DNA from: a virus
Lineage: Duplodnaviria; Caudoviricetes
Virus record (IMG/VR): IMGVR_UViG_3300005663_000006
Coordinates: 1-52,468 of that record
Length of the DNA: 52,468 nt
Strand: one strand, 5' to 3'
Part shown: in pieces, positions 46,771 to 52,468 of the stretch
Layout: each line of letters opens with the position of its first letter
How positions within the stretch are numbered: the stretch's first letter is position 1
The notes under the pieces: generated by a model
What the model saw: the letters and a program-made list of their open reading frames with translations, nothing else
Database searches by the model: none
Told to the model about the DNA's origin: nothing
Position numbers and translations under genes: made by a program

Positions 46771-47584
46771 ACTGTGGATTTTAATTCTTGCGCCACTCCT
46801 GTTTTTTCTTGTGGTGGGAGGGCTGCTTGGAATTTCTCCTAGTCTGAGGGCCTACGTCTACCGAGAGTTCAGCTACCAGATACTCGCGGACCGATTTGAT
46901 AACACCGAGGAGGTCAGAAAATATGTATACGAAAATGCCTCGGTTCTAAAATCTCGCAAAGCTTGGCCGTTCAAGAAAGAAGCAGTCATATATACAAATC
47001 CCTGGTATTATCTTGAGCGCGGAATGGCCTTCTGCGACCAGTTAGACGTATTGATGGCCCAAATACTAAGGAAGAAGGGCACGAAGAGGTCTTTCGTCGT
47101 TTGGTATATCGACAGGAAGAAAGGAACGTCCCCGCATTCGATACTCTATGTGGAAGATGAAAAGAAGTTCTACGACCCATTGGTTGAAGAGGGCATCCTT
47201 CTGCCCATGAAAGATTACAATTTCAGGTTGGCGATGTTGACGACACCATCGCTTGTCGATTCGCTCACTCGATGGTCTTTTCGCATCTTTGGCCCTCGAC
47301 TCGCCTACATATATCAGGACTTCTACCTCTGGATGCTCGGTCCGGAGGTTCCTAGTGTAACTAAGGCTATGAAGCACTACGGCCCTCCGGCGATGGAGCT
47401 TGAGCCAAAATTGTTGTTCTACTATAAAGCTATAAACTATCAGCTTTACGGAAGGAAAAAAGCTGCAAGGTGGTACTACTACAAACTTATCAATGTGTCT
47501 GTTGGAGAAGAGGACAAGGATAGAGATAGGCTTGCTCGTCGGTTTTATTATATGATGTATGGGAAGGACGGCAATGAAACCTGA
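46760..47584 (+). CDS. Membrane-anchored transglutaminase-like (Cys-His-Asp) protein
   Basis: N-terminal TM (LWILILAPLLFFLVVGGLLG); GMAFCDQLDVLMAQILRKKG, HSILYV, FYDP. Confidence 0.65.
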   Translation: MKNKLWILILAPLLFFLVVGGLLGISPSLRAYVYREFSYQILADRFDNTEEVRKYVYENASVLKSRKAWPFKKEAVIYTNPWYYLERGMAFCDQLDVLMAQILRKKGTKRSFVVWYIDRKKGTSPHSILYVEDEKKFYDPLVEEGILLPMKDYNFRLAMLTTPSLVDSLTRWSFRIFGPRLAYIYQDFYLWMLGPEVPSVTKAMKHYGPPAMELEPKLLFYYKAINYQLYGRKKAARWYYYKLINVSVGEEDKDRDRLARRFYYMMYGKDGNET

Positions 47585-47915
47585 CTGTCGATATTGCGAA
47601 CATGCCCGCGTAAAGTACATATTTAAGGAACCCATGACGGTTGCTGATATTCTGAAGAATGAGAGCAATTCACGCGGCCCGCTTAGACCCGAATACTTCA
47701 GGCCCACATCGGCCCAAGTGACTACAGTAGAAATATTCTGCGAAGAGGGCTACTGGAAGAATATGTTCGGTGGCGATATTACATTCGACCACATGGGTGC
47801 GTTGGACGGTTCTTATATTCAGACCGCCGCTGCGGGGTGTAAGGATTTCGAGGAGATGGATTAGGTGAATGATGGAGGTGTTGTTTTAATCTAAGGGGGT
47901 AGGCCATGAAACTAA

Positions 47916-49574
47916 ATGACCGAAGAGCAAGCAACGCTCACAGAAGAAGACATAGACGCCCTCGGTGAAGAGGCAGTCCAGGCCCTCTTAGAACAGGCGG
48001 GATTCTCATCCGTTGAGGAACTTCTTTCAGGCCATGAGCAGGACGTTCTGAAAGAGCAGGCAAGACGTCTCAACCCCATAAAGTTCTACGAGCCGAACCG
48101 CGCACAAGAACCATTCCACCACGCAAAGACCGCCAGCGGTTCTATCCCCAAGCTCAGATTATTTGAAGCTGGAAACAAGGTCGGCAAGTCCACCGCTGGA
48201 ATGATAGAGGGCATTTCATTCTCGCTAGGCTACAAGCCCTGGCTCCCCGAGGACCACCCAGGGCGTAATACCCCCGTTCCCGTCCCAAACACAGGTCGCA
48301 TCATCGCAGAGGACTTCCCCACGGGCGTCCAGCAGAACGTCATGTCGCTGATGAAAGAGTGGCGACCCGTTGGCGAGATGCCCCACGGCGAAAAATGGTT
48401 CAAAAAGAATCAGGCGGGTTATGTCGCGCAGATATTTTTCAACAACGGCTCCATCATCCATCTAATGAGCTACGACCAGGACGAAGAGAAATTTGAGGGA
48501 GTTGACTGGGACTGGACGATGTATAACGAGCCGCCACCCAGAGGCGTGTTCATCGCTAACGAGCGGGGGAAGATAGCCAGGTCTGGTTATTCATGGATGG
48601 CTTACACGCCCCTCAAGGAGCCCTGGATTCACGATGAGATAGTGACCAAGGTAGACGAAGACGACAATAGCCAGCAATTCAGGGGAACCATCTGGGACAA
48701 CTGGATTGGCACCAAGTTTGAAAGCGCACACACGGGGAAAGTCCACAGGGGGATGTTATCGCTTGAGGACATTCAAGAGTTCGAGAAGCGTCTGACTCCG
48801 AGTGAGCGCAGAAGCAGAATATTTGGTGAGTGGCAGCACTTGGAAGGTCTTATCTTCGGCGAGTTCGACACGATGCGAGACGAAAAGACGGGAGAGAAAA
48901 TAGAGCATATAGTCGATGATTATATCCCGGCGCGTGAGGTGATGTGGATTGAAGGCATAGACCCGCACGACAAGAAACCCACCTGCATGCTGTTCGCTTT
49001 TGTGGATGCAGAGGACAATGTGTGGTTCGTTGACCAGCTCGTTATGGAAGGGAAATCCGTTCCAGAGATGGCCGATGAGATAATGCAGAAGCGGGCGGAC
49101 CTTCGATACCTCAAGCCCGCATGGACCGTTATGGACGTTAAGGCTGGCGGGTGGGATTTGGCTGGCTCCAGAAGCGCCGAGGCGATAGAGAGCTTCGAGA
49201 CTCAGTTTGCCAACTGCGGCATCTACACGATTGGGTCTGATTCAAGGCCGGGGACTATGGATTCATCCATCAAGATAGTGCGGGAATATCTGAGGACTGA
49301 ATACAACGTCAGGACGAAACGCCAGGAGCCCAAGGCACGATTCATGCGTAAACTAGCGGTGGCGGCGGAGACAAATAGAGGTCTCTACGGGTGCATCCAT
49401 CAGATGAAGCGGTGGATGTGGACCGACAAGGGTGAGCCGGAGAAGAAGTTCGACGATTTCCCGGCGATTATCAGGTATATGCTTTCGCGTAGGCCCAGGT
49501 ATCGGAGTCCCACGCGGCCCGAAAAGGTCGTTGCGGCATATAGTAAGCCCGCAGCAAGCGACGCAGGGTACTAG
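47916..49574 (+). CDS. terL: Terminase large subunit
   Basis: Walker A AGNKVGKS, YNEPP Walker-B region, YTP coupling motif, GIDPHDKKP nuclease motif, C-terminal DDFP. Confidence 0.92.
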   Translation: MTEEQATLTEEDIDALGEEAVQALLEQAGFSSVEELLSGHEQDVLKEQARRLNPIKFYEPNRAQEPFHHAKTASGSIPKLRLFEAGNKVGKSTAGMIEGISFSLGYKPWLPEDHPGRNTPVPVPNTGRIIAEDFPTGVQQNVMSLMKEWRPVGEMPHGEKWFKKNQAGYVAQIFFNNGSIIHLMSYDQDEEKFEGVDWDWTMYNEPPPRGVFIANERGKIARSGYSWMAYTPLKEPWIHDEIVTKVDEDDNSQQFRGTIWDNWIGTKFESAHTGKVHRGMLSLEDIQEFEKRLTPSERRSRIFGEWQHLEGLIFGEFDTMRDEKTGEKIEHIVDDYIPAREVMWIEGIDPHDKKPTCMLFAFVDAEDNVWFVDQLVMEGKSVPEMADEIMQKRADLRYLKPAWTVMDVKAGGWDLAGSRSAEAIESFETQFANCGIYTIGSDSRPGTMDSSIKIVREYLRTEYNVRTKRQEPKARFMRKLAVAAETNRGLYGCIHQMKRWMWTDKGEPEKKFDDFPAIIRYMLSRRPRYRSPTRPEKVVAAYSKPAASDAGY

Positions 49575-49577
49575 GAT

Positions 49578-49829
49578 ATGAAACTTGTTCTCATCGAATG
49601 GATAGATTCTCACTCTGGCAGGGGATGGCGCACCACAGAGGAAATAGAGAGGTGTGCGGAGCCGCTTTATTGTCGCTCCGTCGGATGGTTAATAAAAGAG
49701 ACGAAGCAAGTTAAGGTCATTGTACCTCATATAGCGGGCGAGAAAAATGGGGACATAATTCTCCAAGGTTGCGGAGATTTAACAATCCCCACAAAAGCAA
49801 TAATAAAAATTACCACGCTCAAGGAATAA
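49578..49829 (+). CDS. Conserved phage hypothetical protein (paralogue of 26108-26431)
   Basis: LIEWIDS...CRSVGWLIKE...IPTKAIIKI. Confidence 0.7.
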   Translation: MKLVLIEWIDSHSGRGWRTTEEIERCAEPLYCRSVGWLIKETKQVKVIVPHIAGEKNGDIILQGCGDLTIPTKAIIKITTLKE

Positions 49830-49908
49830 GGTTTTCAATGGGTTATGCTTGGGGGTAGTGACATTTGCAAAGATGTAGTGTAAATTGCAACTGGAGTGTA
49901 TTCATTTT

Positions 49909-50055
49909 ATGGTAATTAGGCGAGTCAAGGGCGGCTACAAAGTCACCTCAAAGAAATCAGGTCGGCCCTTGAGCAAGAAACCCAAAAGCAAACGGGCGGC
50001 GCAGAAACAAGAAGCCGCCATCAATATCTCGAAAGCCAAAAGGAGGAAGAATTAA
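49909..50055 (+). CDS. 48-aa highly basic microprotein (not in ORF track)
   Basis: [48 protein letters not shown]. Confidence 0.65.
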   Translation: MVIRRVKGGYKVTSKKSGRPLSKKPKSKRAAQKQEAAINISKAKRRKN

Positions 50056-50316
50056 ATGGCTGGAAAGGGCGGAAATGTCAAGGATTTCAGTCGTCCCCCA
50101 GACAAGGGCGACAGGATGCGCGGTGTTCACGACAACAAGCTAGAGGGTCGTGAGATGGATTACAGGCTAATGGGCAACTATGTCAATGCGCCCATTCAGG
50201 CGGCGGCTTCAAAGGCCAAGAACGCCGGGGCCGTTAGGGGTTCAGGTAAGCAGAGTCCCCGGAAAGGTCCAGAACACTCTCGCACCAAAGGAAAGGTAGC
50301 CGGGAGGAAGAGGTAG
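50056..50316 (+). CDS. Basic low-complexity small protein
   Basis: K/R/G-rich, AGGAGG RBS. Confidence 0.6.
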   Translation: MAGKGGNVKDFSRPPDKGDRMRGVHDNKLEGREMDYRLMGNYVNAPIQAAASKAKNAGAVRGSGKQSPRKGPEHSRTKGKVAGRKR

Positions 50317-50318
50317 CC

Positions 50319-50558
50319 GTGGATGGGCCAATTCAGGGCTACGATGCGGTTTATAAGAAGCTAGACAAACACCCCACTAGTGGACATGAAATTTATCCAG
50401 AGTGGTATGTTAGGCTGAGTGGGCCATTTCCAGTGTCGGCAATCTGTGATTTCTATCTTGAGACAATGCTTGAGGGGGATGATGCCGCTCCGTTAAATCG
50501 CAGGACCGCAATATTCATCAAGAAGCTTGCTAAAATTATTGAGGAGGACGAGAAATAA
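50319..50558 (+). CDS. Hypothetical protein
   Basis: 79-aa coupled ORF. Confidence 0.5.
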   Translation: MDGPIQGYDAVYKKLDKHPTSGHEIYPEWYVRLSGPFPVSAICDFYLETMLEGDDAAPLNRRTAIFIKKLAKIIEEDEK

Positions 50559-50752
50559 TGGCTGGACCAGGATTTCCAACGAAGTTCGATAATGGCCTAC
50601 CGCTTCGCAAGGTCAACAACCCGAGGACGCCCGGACGGGGCAAGGGGCCGCGTGGCGAGACAATCAACGTAGAGGCTCACGCAAGAGCCAAGTTCAATAA
50701 GCAGCGCAGGGCCGCATCGGGGCACACTAAGCGGCCAGCGATAGGAAAATAA
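50558..50752 (+). CDS. Basic small protein
   Basis: K/R/G/P-rich, GAGGAGG RBS. Confidence 0.55.
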   Translation: MAGPGFPTKFDNGLPLRKVNNPRTPGRGKGPRGETINVEAHARAKFNKQRRAASGHTKRPAIGK

Positions 50753-50795
50753 GTTACAAATAAATCACTCGACGGGGGGCTGTCGGTAAATATAT

Positions 50796-52468
50796 TTGCC
50801 ACATGACACAATAGACGACCTTGACCTGAAGGGACACGATACACCACCCGTCGCAACCACCCTTGAAGAACTAAGGGCCGCGCCGGAAGTCCCCATAGGC
50901 TCACGACTAGCACCCCGGAAGCCCGACCTGAAGAAATCAGAAAGAGACTCCATCGCCGAGATGGTTGTGGAGGACTTCAACCGCGATTGGGATTCCCGTT
51001 CCGAGTGGCGCGAAGAAAGACGTGGCCTCGTTGACCGATACCGGATGAAGTCAATTTCCAAGACCGATCCATTTGAGGGTTGTGCTAACGTAAGGCTCCC
51101 CACCACCATGATTGCCGTCCACGCCACTCAGGCCCGCATGATGGCATCCATCCACGGCAACGACCCCGCTGTAAAGATAAAGGGCGTCAACGCATTTGGG
51201 CGAGAGAATAAGAATCAGGCCGAAACCCTGATGCACTGGGACGCAAGGGTGAGGGACGGGGGCGACTTCAAATTGCTCTACAGGGTGACTCATAGCGTCT
51301 GCGCCGAGGGCGCACGGCCCATATACACCTACTGGGACCGTGACAGCCGCTTTGTTCAAGACACCATACTCGTCTACATCAATGATTTGACGGGCGAAAT
51401 CGTGGCAGACGCGGCGGGCAATCCATTTCCCGTCGATGAAGCCCAGCCGCAGATTCAGCTACCGGACGGCACGACGGCAAGGGCCGCCATGAAGGTCATT
51501 GAGCGCGAGAGCATCGTCTATGACGCCCCCCGCTCCATTGATCTTAACCCGGAGGATTTCTTGGTTCCCTACGATGCCAAGGGCATACAGTGGCCTGAGT
51601 CGGCTCATGTCATGATGATTGAGCGGGAAACCTTCAACCGCGTTAAACAGAAAAAGCGCACTGGCAAATATTATCTCACGCGAAACGAGTTGAAAGACAT
51701 CCTCAATTTTGCCCGGACGGGTGGAGATTCGGAAGCAAAAGGGAAGTCCGAACACGACCAGTCGCTTGACGATATAGAGGGCAAGCAAGAGGTCGCCAAG
51801 CCTAGACTGCCCGAGCAGGAACTTGACTTGGTGCGATGGTTCGGACGGTATGACCTCAACAACGACGGGATAGATGAAGAGGTAATATTCCTAGTCCAGC
51901 CAGATACGAGAATATTGGTCTGGTGGGCATATCTGGATGATGTCTATCAGCATGGGAAGCGGCCTTTTGCATATCCACGGTTCAGATTGCAGCCAGGAAG
52001 GTTCGACGGCTTTGGCTTGGGTCAGATTCTCAAGTCCATTGATGATGCGGTCAACGCTCTTTTCAATATTGCTCTGGACTGGGGCAAGATTCAGAATATG
52101 CCTTATTTCTTTTACGTTCCGGGCATGATTGAAGATGAGCGTATCAAGTTAAAGCCCGGTGAGGGCGTTCCGGTTCGGGGAAAGGGCGCGGTTGAGTTTC
52201 CGGGCAAGACGGGCTCCATTGATTTTGCTATTTCTCTGCTTGGTGTTCTCCAAAGCTACGTTGAGCGGGTTACTCTGGTTTCGGATGAGACGGTAGGTCG
52301 TCAATCCGAGATTGCCAAGACCAGGGCGACGAAGGGCGGGACGCTTGCCATTCTCGGTGAAGGGAATATCGGCTTCGAGCTTGGCAACCGCCTAGTCTTG
52401 GATGAGATAGAAGAGATGTATGTTCAGAGGTTCCAGCTTTACCAGCAATATATGCCCGACAACATGGA
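50796..52468 (+). CDS. Portal protein, N-terminal part (wraps to 549; ~715 codons in total, start codon uncertain)
   Basis: Open frame from TTG 50796; KTDPFEGCANVRLPTT and FDGFGLGQIL motifs of P22-like portals; missed by the ORF track because it runs off the end. Confidence 0.85.
   Translation, partial: MPHDTIDDLDLKGHDTPPVATTLEELRAAPEVPIGSRLAPRKPDLKKSERDSIAEMVVEDFNRDWDSRSEWREERRGLVDRYRMKSISKTDPFEGCANVRLPTTMIAVHATQARMMASIHGNDPAVKIKGVNAFGRENKNQAETLMHWDARVRDGGDFKLLYRVTHSVCAEGARPIYTYWDRDSRFVQDTILVYINDLTGEIVADAAGNPFPVDEAQPQIQLPDGTTARAAMKVIERESIVYDAPRSIDLNPEDFLVPYDAKGIQWPESAHVMMIERETFNRVKQKKRTGKYYLTRNELKDILNFARTGGDSEAKGKSEHDQSLDDIEGKQEVAKPRLPEQELDLVRWFGRYDLNNDGIDEEVIFLVQPDTRILVWWAYLDDVYQHGKRPFAYPRFRLQPGRFDGFGLGQILKSIDDAVNALFNIALDWGKIQNMPYFFYVPGMIEDERIKLKPGEGVPVRGKGAVEFPGKTGSIDFAISLLGVLQSYVERVTLVSDETVGRQSEIAKTRATKGGTLAILGEGNIGFELGNRLVLDEIEEMYVQRFQLYQQYMPDNM
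52392..52468. repeat. Exact 77-bp terminal direct repeat (copy 2)
   Basis: Identical to 1-77. Confidence 0.97.

Noticed and set aside
49865-49890. TTGCAA-14 bp-TTGCAA as an operator or late promoter
   Set aside because: It is a single occurrence of a short palindrome with no second site to support it
50803-50814. ATG-ACA-CAA-TAG near the portal start suggesting stop-codon recoding
   Set aside because: The portal is open in another frame from TTG 50796, and genome-wide genes are intact under the standard code with TAG/TGA used as real stops

Overview
The window is an apparently complete, circularly permuted dsDNA tailed-phage genome of about 52.39 kb. Bases 1-77 repeat exactly at 52392-52468, and the portal gene runs in frame across that junction. 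The architecture is podovirus-like (P22-like order): terminase large subunit, portal, scaffold, capsid cement, Mu gpT-like major capsid protein, several fibre/lectin appendages, head-tail adaptor, tail stabilisation protein, three DNA-ejection proteins, lysis cassette, a recombination/replication block (Dam methylase, Gam, RusA, HNH, replication initiator), a short minus-strand early operon, and a ~6 kb array of small genes between a probable terminase small subunit and the large subunit. I recognised no integrase, DNA polymerase, CRISPR array or tRNA. The most unusual content is a set of cell-envelope and glycan genes. A Sec-signal-peptide decoration-like protein and a WaaL/O-antigen-ligase-family membrane enzyme sit directly behind the major capsid gene. 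There is also a second signal-peptide structural paralogue, a truncated Wza-like (SLBB) lipoprotein inside the lysis cassette, and a membrane-anchored transglutaminase-like protein. Together they suggest a phage-run periplasmic glycosylation or surface-remodelling system (inference). All product calls come from motif recognition and synteny, not database searches.
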